NCBI GenBank assembly: GCA_963738465.1
Contig: CAVTWP010000009.1
Span: forward strand, 117,002-181,001
DNA: 64,000 bases
Direction of reading: 5' to 3'
Origin: Vulcanimicrobiota bacterium
GTDB taxonomy: Bacteria; Vulcanimicrobiota; Vulcanimicrobiia; Vulcanimicrobiales; Vulcanimicrobiaceae
Shown one piece after another: positions 50,639-59,479 of the stretch. The notes under the pieces are model-generated. The model was not told where the DNA came from and searched no databases. It was given only the letters and a program-made list of their open reading frames with translations. Position numbers and translations under genes: made by a program. How positions within the stretch are numbered: the first letter of the stretch is position 1; each line of letters starts with the position of its first letter.

Positions 50639-51166
50639 TCGTCGAGTCCCTTCGAAAAGGACAAGCATCGTCGCTCGGGGTTCTCGTGCGGTAATGCGGC
50701 ACTCGACCGGTTTCTGCACGAGCACGCCCATCAGGCGGCCGCCAAGAATCTCGCCAAGACGTACGTCGGCGTCGATGAAAACGACGAGACGGTCATCCTC
50801 GGATATTATACGTTGACGACGTGCCGCATCGAGGCCGGCCGGCTACCGCCGGCCGTCGTTCGCACGCTCAAAGTCCCGAATCGAGACTTGCCCGCTTCAC
50901 TCGTTGCCCGTCTGGCAGTATTGGAATCGGTCAAGGGGCACGGCGTCGGTTCGCTTCTGCTGATGGACGCGATGGCGCGGTGCGCTCGCGTCAGCGAAGA
51001 GATCGGCGGCGTCGCAATCGTCGTCGATGCCCTGGACGACGACGTCGTCGCGTTTTACGAGCGGTTTGGGTTTCAGCGGTTCGAACCGGGATTGCCCCGG
51101 CTCTTCATTCCGATGGCGACGGTGCGCGAGATCCTCGGCATCGATAAACGGCAGGAAGCCGGTTAG
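50635..51166 (+). CDS. GNAT toxin (TacT/AtaT-type), frameshifted just after the GTG start
   Basis: H.RS.FSCG...LDRFL, GYYTL, ARLAV..KG.GVG, VDA...FY.RFGF; GTG 50635 is out of frame by +1. Confidence 0.88.
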
Positions 51167-51167
51167 G

Positions 51168-52535
51168 CTAGCAGAGCTTTTCCGCGACGCGGGCGAGGAG
51201 CTCGCTCATGGTGGGATGGAGATGCGGCATCTCGGCGATCTCGCGGACGTTCGCGCCGCGGTCGAGCAGCGCTATCGCTTCACCGCCGAGATCGATCGCG
51301 TCGTCGAGCACAATGGCGATCCCGACGACGCGGCCGTCGTCGTGCGCAAGCATCTTGACGAAGCCGTCGGTCTGCTCTGAGACCAGGGCCTTGCCGACTT
51401 CGCCCGCGGCGAGCGTTGCGACGCGCACCGCGATCCCGCGCGCCGCGCAGTCGCGCTCGGTGAGCCCGACGACCGCGACTTGCGGCTGGGTGAAGAGCGC
51501 GTGCGACTCCCAGCGATCCCAGTCCGCCGCGACCGGCGTCGCGGCGAACGCGTTCGCCGCCGCGAGCCGGCCGGCGTACGCGGCGCTGTGCACCACGGCG
51601 CGCCGGCCGAGCACGTCGCCGGCCGCATAGACCCGCGGGTTCGAGACGCTTCGCAACGTCGCGTCGACTGCGATCCCGTGCTCGCGATTGCCGTCGATCC
51701 GCCCGGCGGCCAGATCGAGCCCGTCGACGTGCGGCCGGCGGTTTGTCGCCAGCACGACGATGTCGCAACTGGTTTCATAGACGCCGCGCGGCGTGCCGGC
51801 GATCAACGACGTGCTGTCGCCGTCGCGCGCGGCGCGGCGTAACTCGGCATCGAGAACGATCGTCACGCCGTCGCGTTCGAGGGCTTCGCGCACGGCGCGC
51901 GCGACGTCGGTGTCTTCGTTGCGCAGCAGCTCGGGCGCGTCTTGGATCAACGTCACGGCGGTGCCGAGCCGGGCGAAGAACTGCGCGAACGCACAGCCGA
52001 TCGGGCCGCCGCCAACGATCGCCACGCAGCGCGGCGCGCGCGTCATCTCCATCACGTCCGCGGGCGTGATGCCGGCGACGCCGGCCAGACCGGGCACCGG
52101 CGGCACGACAGTCGAGGCGCCGGTCGCGATCACGAAACGCTCGGCGACGATGCGCCGCTCGCCGGCGACGATCGTATCGGGTGATACGAAGCCCGCGTCG
52201 CCGCGCACCAGCGGATAAGTTTCGAGTTCGTGAACGCGGTCTTCGGCGAAATAGTCGACCAGCGCGCGCTTGCGCCGAATGATCGCCGGCAGGTCGACGT
52301 GCACCGGTGTTGTCTCGATGCCGACCTCGTGCGCCCTCTCCACCTCGCCTTCGAGCTGCGTCGCAGCGAGCATCGCCTTAGCCGGCATGCAGCCCCGCAG
52401 GATGCACGTTCCGCCCAGCTCCTCGTCGCCGGTGACGAGCAGGACGTCACGTCCGGCGGCGCGGGCCGCTTCGGCTGCCGCGAACCCCGCCGTGCCGGCC
52501 CCGATCACGCACAGCTCGCGGCGCTCCTCAGCCAT
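51168..52535 (-). CDS. Pyridine nucleotide-disulfide oxidoreductase (dihydrolipoamide dehydrogenase-like)
   Basis: GAGTAG, GGTCILRGCMPAK, GGGPIG, AAGD and HPTMSE. Confidence 0.9.
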   Translation of the reverse strand: MAEERRELCVIGAGTAGFAAAEAARAAGRDVLLVTGDEELGGTCILRGCMPAKAMLAATQLEGEVERAHEVGIETTPVHVDLPAIIRRKRALVDYFAEDRVHELETYPLVRGDAGFVSPDTIVAGERRIVAERFVIATGASTVVPPVPGLAGVAGITPADVMEMTRAPRCVAIVGGGPIGCAFAQFFARLGTAVTLIQDAPELLRNEDTDVARAVREALERDGVTIVLDAELRRAARDGDSTSLIAGTPRGVYETSCDIVVLATNRRPHVDGLDLAAGRIDGNREHGIAVDATLRSVSNPRVYAAGDVLGRRAVVHSAAYAGRLAAANAFAATPVAADWDRWESHALFTQPQVAVVGLTERDCAARGIAVRVATLAAGEVGKALVSEQTDGFVKMLAHDDGRVVGIAIVLDDAIDLGGEAIALLDRGANVREIAEMPHLHPTMSELLARVAEKLC

Positions 52536-52584
52536 GCCCCGAGCGTACCCAGGCCTGCCGCCCGTCCGCCTGCGAGACCGCCGT

Positions 52585-52606
52585 GAATCGAACAGGTGTT
52601 CGATTC
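52585..52606. promoter_or_regulatory. LexA (SOS) box, Gram-positive type
   Basis: GAATCGAACAGGTGTTCGATTC contains CGAAC-N4-GTTCG within a perfect 10-bp inverted repeat. Confidence 0.85.
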
Positions 52607-52631
52607 GTGGCGGCGTAAGTGCCCGCGTCCG

Positions 52632-52823
52632 ATGGAACCGCGCGACCGTCTCCGTCCCGAGCTGTCCGCCACCGGCCAGCCTTGCCTCGAGGAGGTGCAG
52701 CGCGCGATCGAGCGCCTCCCGCGCGAGGACCGCGCCACGCTGCGGCCCTGGATCTTGGCCCGCTTCGACGTGCGCGGCTATCCGTGCAGCGGCTACGTCC
52801 GCCCGCCCGACCCACGCCCATAG
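52632..52823 (+). CDS. Small hypothetical protein (63 aa)
   Basis: Fills the gap between the SOS box and the XRE gene; helical LEEVQRAIERLPREDRATLRPWI. Confidence 0.6.
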   Translation: MEPRDRLRPELSATGQPCLEEVQRAIERLPREDRATLRPWILARFDVRGYPCSGYVRPPDPRP

Positions 52824-52848
52824 GCCGCGGCGCGCCGCTGCTTTCGGC

Positions 52849-53187
52849 GTGGAGGGATTCGGCCCGCGACTACGGCGCCTGCGCCTTGCGCGCGGGCTCA
52901 CCTGCACGGAGCTGGCGCACCGCGTCGGCGTCACCGAAGGTGCGATCCGTCAAATGGAAGGCGGCCAAACCAAGATCGCCAGCTTCGTCATCGGACTACG
53001 ACTCGCCAAAGCGCTTGGCACGACTGCATGGTATCTCGCCAGCGGTTTCAGAGAGGAACACGGCGCGCACGATCATTCGGGCACCGAGCACCGCACGACC
53101 GACGCGCTTGCCGAGCGCGTCGCCGAGCTCGAACGACGTATCTCGCTGCTGATCGAGGAGCATGAAGAGCCTCTCGAAGAAACGTGA
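52849..53187 (+). CDS. XRE family HTH protein with C-terminal coiled coil
   Basis: FG.RLRRLR..RGLT..ELA.RVGVT...I...E.G; LAERVAELERRI. Confidence 0.85.
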   Translation: MEGFGPRLRRLRLARGLTCTELAHRVGVTEGAIRQMEGGQTKIASFVIGLRLAKALGTTAWYLASGFREEHGAHDHSGTEHRTTDALAERVAELERRISLLIEEHEEPLEET

Positions 53188-53188
53188 G

Positions 53189-53707
53189 CTACGAGGGCTG
53201 CCACAATTCGATTGGATTCCCTTCGGGGTCGTGCAAGCGCGCGAAGCGGCCGTTGGGATAGGCTTGCGGATCGACCTTGACCGCGATTCCGGCCGCTTGC
53301 AGCTGCTCGACCATCTTGTCGAGATCGCGGACGCGGAAGTTCACCATCCAAACCTTCTGCGGATCGCCGAAGTAGCCGGTCGTCTCGGGAAACGCGCTGA
53401 AAGCGGTCGGGCCCGCTTCCTGCCGCCAGACGGCGTCGTTGTGCTTCTGCGGGACGGGCGTGACTCCTAAATGCTGCTCGTACCATTGGTTCAACGCTTT
53501 CGGGTCGCGGGCGCGGAAGAACAGCCCGCCGATACCGGTCACCCGTTCCATCTCTCCGTTTTCCGTGCCGCTCGCCGGCTCGACGGCCGGCTGCGCGACA
53601 GCGAATCGTTTCCGATTCGAGCTGTTCACGATCACGGTCGACCCGAAGGCGACCGATAGGATTCGAAGCAACTGCCGTCTTTGAATGCGCATCGTCGCTC
53701 GCTTCAT
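53189..53707 (-). CDS. VOC/glyoxalase family protein with an N-terminal extension
   Basis: RVTGIGG.FF, NFRV.DLD, GRFA.L.DPEGNPIELWQP. Confidence 0.9.
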   Translation of the reverse strand: MKRATMRIQRRQLLRILSVAFGSTVIVNSSNRKRFAVAQPAVEPASGTENGEMERVTGIGGLFFRARDPKALNQWYEQHLGVTPVPQKHNDAVWRQEAGPTAFSAFPETTGYFGDPQKVWMVNFRVRDLDKMVEQLQAAGIAVKVDPQAYPNGRFARLHDPEGNPIELWQPS

Positions 53708-53794
53708 GGGAAACTTGTATCGGATTCGCGATCACCGTCCTTTTCGAGCTGCTGCCCGGCGAATCCGTCGTTGTTCCGCGAGCTTCGCGCGGCG

Positions 53795-54388
53795 TCAGGA
53801 TGAGCGGCGGGTGATGCCTTCGAAGGTGATGGCGGTGATCGCGCGGGCGATCGCTTCGTGGGTGAGCGCGCCGCTGCGGTACCATTCGACGACGGAGTTC
53901 GACATGCCGAAGATCAGCCGCGCGACGAGCCGCGGGTCGAGGTCGGTGCGCACGTCGCCGTCGCGTTGGGCTTGCGCGATGATCGCCGTGACGTGACGGT
54001 CGAACGCGCGGCGGCGTTCGACCGCGTTGCGCTCGCTGCGCGACGCGCCGTGGACGCGAAATAGCACCGTCAGCTCGGGCAGCAAGTGCAGCGTCGTGTC
54101 GGCGACGCGCGTGACGATGAAGCGCAGCCGCGCGCCGGCCGGCCCTTCGCGCGCGCCGGCCGCCTCGAGGATCGCGAACAGCGCGTCGAGCGCGCGGCCG
54201 AGGCCGCGCTCGAGCAGCGCCTCCTTGCCGCTGACGTGATGGTAGATCGAGGCCTTGGTGATGCCGGCGGCGCGCGCGACGTCGTCCATCGACGCGCCGT
54301 CGTAGCCGCGCTCGGCAAACACACGCAGCGCGACGTCGGTCAGCGAGTCGATGTCGTACGGCTTGCGCGGTTCCATCGCCGAGCTCAC
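53795..54388 (-). CDS. TetR/AcrR regulator, PaaR-like
   Basis: F.ERGYDG.SMDD.A.AAGITK.SIYHHV.GKE.LL; ERRR.FD; RL.FGM.NS.VEWY. Confidence 0.88.
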   Translation of the reverse strand: MSSAMEPRKPYDIDSLTDVALRVFAERGYDGASMDDVARAAGITKASIYHHVSGKEALLERGLGRALDALFAILEAAGAREGPAGARLRFIVTRVADTTLHLLPELTVLFRVHGASRSERNAVERRRAFDRHVTAIIAQAQRDGDVRTDLDPRLVARLIFGMSNSVVEWYRSGALTHEAIARAITAITFEGITRRSS

Positions 54389-57300
54389 GGCGCCGGCGTC
54401 GGGGACGGGGACGGTGAGGGAGTCGGGAACTGCAGCGGGGCCGGGACCGGCGACGCCGTCGGCAACGGCGGCGGCGTGGGCGGCTCGTACCGCGTCGTCG
54501 GTCGAAAACCGAACCCTGGGCCCAACACCCGCGCGATGCGATCGTACGCGGCCGCGACCTGGGGACGCAGCACATCGAGCGCGGCCTGGTGCTGCGCGAA
54601 GGGCGGTTGCAGTCCGCCGCCGAGCTGTCCCGCCAACCCGCCGATCTGCTCGCGGATGCGGTCGGGAACCGCGATCGAGTCTTCGTCGTGCAGCGGGTTC
54701 GAGGTGAGATCGCTGCGCAGCGCGATCAGCTGCGCCCGTGCGCTGGGCGCGAGCGTCTTCTGCTTGAGCCGGCGGTCGATCTCATTGAGCGCCTTGTCGA
54801 TCCCGTCGTACCAGCCGAATAGCGTGACGAGGAACGCATGGCGCGCGGCGCGCTGCTCCGGCGTCCACGGGCTGTTGGGATCGTCGGCGAGGGTGAACGG
54901 CTGGTCGAAGGTGCGGCCGTCGACGTGCAGCCGAGCGATATACGCGCCGGGCAGCGACTCGGCGCCGCTCAGCGGCCCCATGTTCTGCAGGCTCGTGCCG
55001 TACCAACGAGCCGGTCCGTCTTCGCTGCCGTCCCACACCAGCCGGTTGAGGCCGCGCGCATTGGTGACGAAGTATTTGCGGCCCTCGTCGGTCGGAAACG
55101 AGCCGCGCAGCACGCGCACCGTGCGTCCGTGCGCGTCGAGGATCTCGAGCCACGGGCGCTGCTTCGCGCGCGCGCGCTGATAGAACGTGACGATCGCTCC
55201 GGCGGGCGCGTTCGGCGCGGCGAACTCGTTGGCGGGCAGTGAGTTCCCGTCGCCCGGCTCGACCGACGGGAATGACGCCCACAGCGTCCCCGGGCGAATC
55301 GCAAACAGCGTGACGCCGCGCGCGCGCGCGGCGTCGAGCTGCTGCAGCGGCGTGAGGTCGTCGAGCACATAGAAGCCGCGTCCGTGGGTGGCCAGCAGCA
55401 AGTCGTTGGCGGCCGGCTGCACGTGCAGATCGTAGACGGGGACGACCGGCAAGCCGGCCTTCACCCGTTCCCAGCGGCCGCCGCGGTCGTATGAGCTCCA
55501 CAAACCGTTCTCGGTGCCGGCGTAGAGCAACTTCGGGTTGCGCGTGTCCTGCCGCACGACGCGCACCGGCGCGTCGTGCGGCAGGTTCGATGCGATCGCG
55601 CGCCAGGTCGTGCCGAAGTCGTCGGTGACGTACGCGTACGGCGCGTCGTCGCCGAGGTCGTGGCGATCGAGCTGAACGAACGCGGTCCCGGCCGCGAACG
55701 GGCTGGCGTCGATCTCCTCGACGCGGCCGTACCTCGGCCAGCCGCGCGGCGTCACCGCGGTCCAGTGCGCGCCGCCGTCGCGGGTGAGCTGTACCAGGCC
55801 GTCGTCGGTCCCGGCCCAGATCGTGGCGATGTCTTTGGGCGACGGCGCGATCGCGAGCGTCGTGTCGTAGAACTCGGCGCCGGACACGTCGAGCGTGATC
55901 GGTCCGCCCGAGGCGACTTGATGAGCCTTCTCGTTGCGGGTGAGGTCGGGGCTGATCGGCTTCCAGTGCCGGCCGCGGTCGCTCGTCTCGAAGATCACGT
56001 TGCCGCCGAAGTAGGCGACGTGACCGTCCTGTGGCGAGAACGCCAGCGGCGCGTTCCAGTTGAAGCGGTACGGCGAGCGCGCCAGCGACGTTCTGGACGT
56101 GAAGACGTCGCGCGGAAACGGCGACACGTCCATGCTCTGGCGCGCCTTGCTGTCGTAGATGCCGAGCACGCCGTCCTGCGTGTTCGTCCAGATCAGCGAC
56201 GGTTCGAGCGGATCGGGGATCGCGAACATGCCGTCGCCGCCGGCGATCGCGTACCAGTCGCGGTTCATCAATCCGGTTCCGTTGCGCGCGGTGGCCGGCG
56301 CGCACCACGAGCTGTTGTCCTGAAAGCCCCCGCAGATCGTGTACGGACTGCCGTCGTCGAACCCGACGTGATAGATCTGCCCGATCGGCAACCGGTCGAG
56401 AAACCCCCACGACTCGCCGCCGTTGCGGCTCAGCACGACACCGCCGTCGTTGCCTTCGATGATGCGCCGGCCGTCCGCCGACCACCAGATCGCGTGGTTG
56501 TCGGGATGCAGGTAGCCGGTGAGGTGCTTCCAGGTCCGGCCGCCGTTCTTGGTGACCGTCAGGTACATCGAGAGCGAGATGACACGGTTCTCGTCGAGCG
56601 GATCGACCGCGAGGTGACTGAAGTAGAACGGCCGCTGCTCGGGCGTCGTGTCGGCCGACGTCTTGCGCCAGCTGTCGCCGCCGTCGTCGGAACGCCACAC
56701 CGTGCCGAGCTTCGACTGCACGACCGCGTAGACGCGGCGTGGATCGCTCGGTGCGATGGCGACGCCGATGCGGCCGAGCGTTCCGGCCGGAAAACCGCGG
56801 CCGACGATCTTCGCCCACGTTCGCCCGCCGTCGCGCGAACGGTAGAGCCCGTCGCACGGTCCGCCGCTCGTCGCGATCCACGGCCGGCGCCGGAACTGCC
56901 ATATGGCCGCGAACATGGTCTGCGGGCGCTTCGCGTTCCACGCCAAATCGGCGGCGCCGCTGGCCGGCCCGACGAACAGCGTCTTGGTCCACCTGCGGCC
57001 GCCGTCGACGGTACGGTAGACGCCGCGCGCGGCGCTGTCTTTCCACGGGCTGCCGAGCGCCGCGACGAGCGCGCGATCGGGATCGTGCGGATCGACGAGG
57101 ATCTTCGCGATCAGCGAGGTGTCGTCGAGGCCCGCGTGCTTCCAGTGCTTGCCGCCGTCACGCGAGCGCCACACGCCGTCGCCGTACGAGACGTCGTTGC
57201 GCGGATTCGCTTCGCCCGTTCCGGCCCACACGACGTTCGCGTCGCTCGGCGCGACCGCCAGCGCGCCGATCGCGCCGAAGTGCGGGCCGTTCCAGGCCGG

Positions 57301-57612
57301 TTGGAACGACGTTCCGCCGTCGGTCGATTTGAAGACGCCGCCGGCGGCCGCGCCGACGTAGTACAGGCGGTCGTCGCGATCGCTGCCGGCGACGGCGCTC
57401 ACTCGTCCGCCCGATGCGGCCGGCCCGATCGCGCGAAAGGTGAACGTGTCCGGAACCGGCGTCGCCTTGGCCGGTTTGGGCGCCGGCGGCCGCACCGTCG
57501 TACCGGCTTGGGCCGGCGTACCGGCGGCGGCGGCCGGCCGCGGCACGAGTGCCGAGGGCAGTGCCGCGGCGACGAGCAGCGCGCACATTGCGAACGGAAG
57601 GCCGATCCTCAT
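54385..57612 (-). CDS. Secreted BNR/Asp-box (VPS10/sortilin-like) beta-propeller protein with a Pro/Ser/Thr-rich tail
   Basis: FR.IGP...GGR, repeated S.DGG.TW boxes, RFNWNAP, ATHGRG. Confidence 0.9.
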   Translation of the reverse strand: MRIGLPFAMCALLVAAALPSALVPRPAAAAGTPAQAGTTVRPPAPKPAKATPVPDTFTFRAIGPAASGGRVSAVAGSDRDDRLYYVGAAAGGVFKSTDGGTSFQPAWNGPHFGAIGALAVAPSDANVVWAGTGEANPRNDVSYGDGVWRSRDGGKHWKHAGLDDTSLIAKILVDPHDPDRALVAALGSPWKDSAARGVYRTVDGGRRWTKTLFVGPASGAADLAWNAKRPQTMFAAIWQFRRRPWIATSGGPCDGLYRSRDGGRTWAKIVGRGFPAGTLGRIGVAIAPSDPRRVYAVVQSKLGTVWRSDDGGDSWRKTSADTTPEQRPFYFSHLAVDPLDENRVISLSMYLTVTKNGGRTWKHLTGYLHPDNHAIWWSADGRRIIEGNDGGVVLSRNGGESWGFLDRLPIGQIYHVGFDDGSPYTICGGFQDNSSWCAPATARNGTGLMNRDWYAIAGGDGMFAIPDPLEPSLIWTNTQDGVLGIYDSKARQSMDVSPFPRDVFTSRTSLARSPYRFNWNAPLAFSPQDGHVAYFGGNVIFETSDRGRHWKPISPDLTRNEKAHQVASGGPITLDVSGAEFYDTTLAIAPSPKDIATIWAGTDDGLVQLTRDGGAHWTAVTPRGWPRYGRVEEIDASPFAAGTAFVQLDRHDLGDDAPYAYVTDDFGTTWRAIASNLPHDAPVRVVRQDTRNPKLLYAGTENGLWSSYDRGGRWERVKAGLPVVPVYDLHVQPAANDLLLATHGRGFYVLDDLTPLQQLDAARARGVTLFAIRPGTLWASFPSVEPGDGNSLPANEFAAPNAPAGAIVTFYQRARAKQRPWLEILDAHGRTVRVLRGSFPTDEGRKYFVTNARGLNRLVWDGSEDGPARWYGTSLQNMGPLSGAESLPGAYIARLHVDGRTFDQPFTLADDPNSPWTPEQRAARHAFLVTLFGWYDGIDKALNEIDRRLKQKTLAPSARAQLIALRSDLTSNPLHDEDSIAVPDRIREQIGGLAGQLGGGLQPPFAQHQAALDVLRPQVAAAYDRIARVLGPGFGFRPTTRYEPPTPPPLPTASPVPAPLQFPTPSPSPSPTPAP

Positions 57613-57648
57613 CGCGCCGTCCTTCCGACGATGCCGCGGCCATCCCCG

Positions 57649-57666
57649 CCCGACCGCTTGGTAGGG
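57649..57666 (+). promoter_or_regulatory. Second copy of the operator seen at 50136-50152
   Basis: CCCGACCGCTTGGTAGGG between the divergent BNR-TetR unit and E1-alpha. Confidence 0.6.
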
Positions 57667-57694
57667 GCACGTCTCCGTTCGCGGAAGGGCTCGG

Positions 57695-58711
57695 ATGATG
57701 GCGACGACGTCCTCGACCGCGACCGGGCTGAGCCGCGAGCAGCAGCTGACGCTCTACCGCGACATGCTCACGCAGCGCTCCGTCGACACGCGCGGCTTCC
57801 AGCTCAACCGGCAAGGCAAGATCGGCATCGCTATGGGTTCGGAAGGCCACGAGGCCGTCCAAGCCGGTACCGGTCTCGCCTTCGAGCGCGGCAAGGATCT
57901 GCTCTACCCGTACTACCGCAATACGGGGCTCATCCTGGCGTGTGGTTTTCCGCTGTCGGATTTGTTTCGCTCGCAGCTCGCCCGCGCCAAGGACACCACC
58001 GGCGGACGTTCGATCATCAACCACGTCACCGCGCGCGCGCTCGGCATCGCCTCGATCTCATCGATCATCGCCGCGCAGTGCACGCACGCGGTCGGCGCGG
58101 CCTGGGCCGTCAAACGCGGCGGTGCCGGCGACCGCGTCGTGTTCTGCCAGTTCGGCGAAGGCGCGACCTCGCAAGGCGAGTGGCACGAAGCGCTCAACTT
58201 CGCGGCCGTGCACGCGCTGCCGGTGGTGTTCCTGTGCGAGAACAACCAGTGGGCGATCTCGACCCCGATCGACAAGCAGATGCGTGTGCCCAGCGTCGCG
58301 GCGCGTGCCGGCGGCTACGGGATGCGCGGCGTGCGCTGCGACGGCTTCGATCCGGTCGCCGTCTATACGACGGTCCGCGACGCGCGCGCGCACGCGGCGG
58401 CCGGCAACGGTCCGGTGCTGGTCGAGTCGATGTGCTATCGGTTCCTGTCGCACACGACCGACGACGACGACCGCACCTACCGCACGCGCGACGAGGTTGC
58501 GGAGCATCGCCCCAACGATCCGGTGCCGAAGTTCGAGCGCCGGCTCATCGACGACGGCGTGCTCACCGAGGACGAAGCCCAGGCGCTCAAGCGCGAGATC
58601 TCCGAGCTGGTCAATCGCACGACCGACGAGATCGAAGCCGAGCCGTATCCCGCGCCCGAGACGCTCTACGGCAACACCTACGCCGGTCCCGACGACGCCT
58701 GGCTGAGCTGA
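57695..58711 (+). CDS. 2-oxoacid dehydrogenase E1 alpha (branched-chain type)
   Basis: GHEA.Q, PYYR, FGEGATSQG...ENNQWAIS, YR...H...DD. Confidence 0.9.
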   Translation: MMATTSSTATGLSREQQLTLYRDMLTQRSVDTRGFQLNRQGKIGIAMGSEGHEAVQAGTGLAFERGKDLLYPYYRNTGLILACGFPLSDLFRSQLARAKDTTGGRSIINHVTARALGIASISSIIAAQCTHAVGAAWAVKRGGAGDRVVFCQFGEGATSQGEWHEALNFAAVHALPVVFLCENNQWAISTPIDKQMRVPSVAARAGGYGMRGVRCDGFDPVAVYTTVRDARAHAAAGNGPVLVESMCYRFLSHTTDDDDRTYRTRDEVAEHRPNDPVPKFERRLIDDGVLTEDEAQALKREISELVNRTTDEIEAEPYPAPETLYGNTYAGPDDAWLS

Positions 58712-58739
58712 ACGCTCCTTCGGACCGATCGGCCCGCGC

Positions 58740-59444
58740 TTAATGGAGCGTGATCGTGCCGTTGGTGGTGTGAAGGCTGAGACGGCGCGCGCCGTCGCCG
58801 AGCGTGCCGTTGAGGCTCGCGCCCGGACCGTAACGCGGATGTTGGACGCTCATCCCCGGTGCGTTGATCTCGCCGTTGACCGTGTTCGCGTCGACCGAGA
58901 CTCCGGTGCCGCGCGGCAGCGTCACGTCGATCGAGCCGTTGACGGTGTTCGCGACCAGCGACCCGCGGGTGCGATCGAGCACCGTGATCGCCACCGAACC
59001 GTTGACGGTGGTGGCTTTCTGTACGTCCCGGCCCTCCACGCGCACGCTGCCGTTCACCGTCGACGCCTCGGTCGGACCGTCATTGGCGACGTCGACGTCA
59101 CCGTTCACGCTGGCGGCGTCGAGGACGATGCCGTGCGGAACCGTCACGTCGAACGCGACCGTGGTGTCGTTGTTGTTCGCCTGCACCCCCGACGAGTCGC
59201 AGGCGCGATTGGCCTGCGCCGGATAGCGCACGCACACCACGACCCCGCCGGAACGCTGATCGACGCGAATCGTGACCTCGTTGGGATCGCTGTGCTCGGC
59301 GTGCTTGACGGCGCGGATCGAGAACCGGTCGCCGGTGCGCACGCGGACGCTGCCGTTGACGTCCCGGATCGCGACCGTCTGCCCCGGCCGCAGCGTTCCG
59401 TCATACGAGAACGGCACCGTCAGGGCCGCTAAAACTAAAAGCAT
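58740..59444 (-). CDS. DUF4097-type beta-repeat (putative adhesin) protein
   Basis: Repeated TVNGS/NGD motifs; signal peptide. Confidence 0.85.
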   Translation of the reverse strand: MLLVLAALTVPFSYDGTLRPGQTVAIRDVNGSVRVRTGDRFSIRAVKHAEHSDPNEVTIRVDQRSGGVVVCVRYPAQANRACDSSGVQANNNDTTVAFDVTVPHGIVLDAASVNGDVDVANDGPTEASTVNGSVRVEGRDVQKATTVNGSVAITVLDRTRGSLVANTVNGSIDVTLPRGTGVSVDANTVNGEINAPGMSVQHPRYGPGASLNGTLGDGARRLSLHTTNGTITLH

Positions 59445-59479
59445 AGTTATAACTTACGCCGGCCGGCCGGCGCTGTCAA
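59445..59479 (-). promoter_or_regulatory. Promoter placed for a leaderless transcript
   Basis: TTGACA (59479-59474), 17 bp, TAAGTT (59456-59451), 6 nt, ATG. Confidence 0.65.

Noticed and set aside
51168-52535. Mercuric reductase MerA
   Set aside because: No C-terminal Cys-Cys pair, no metal-binding N-domain and no mer genes; it has the HPTxxE motif instead
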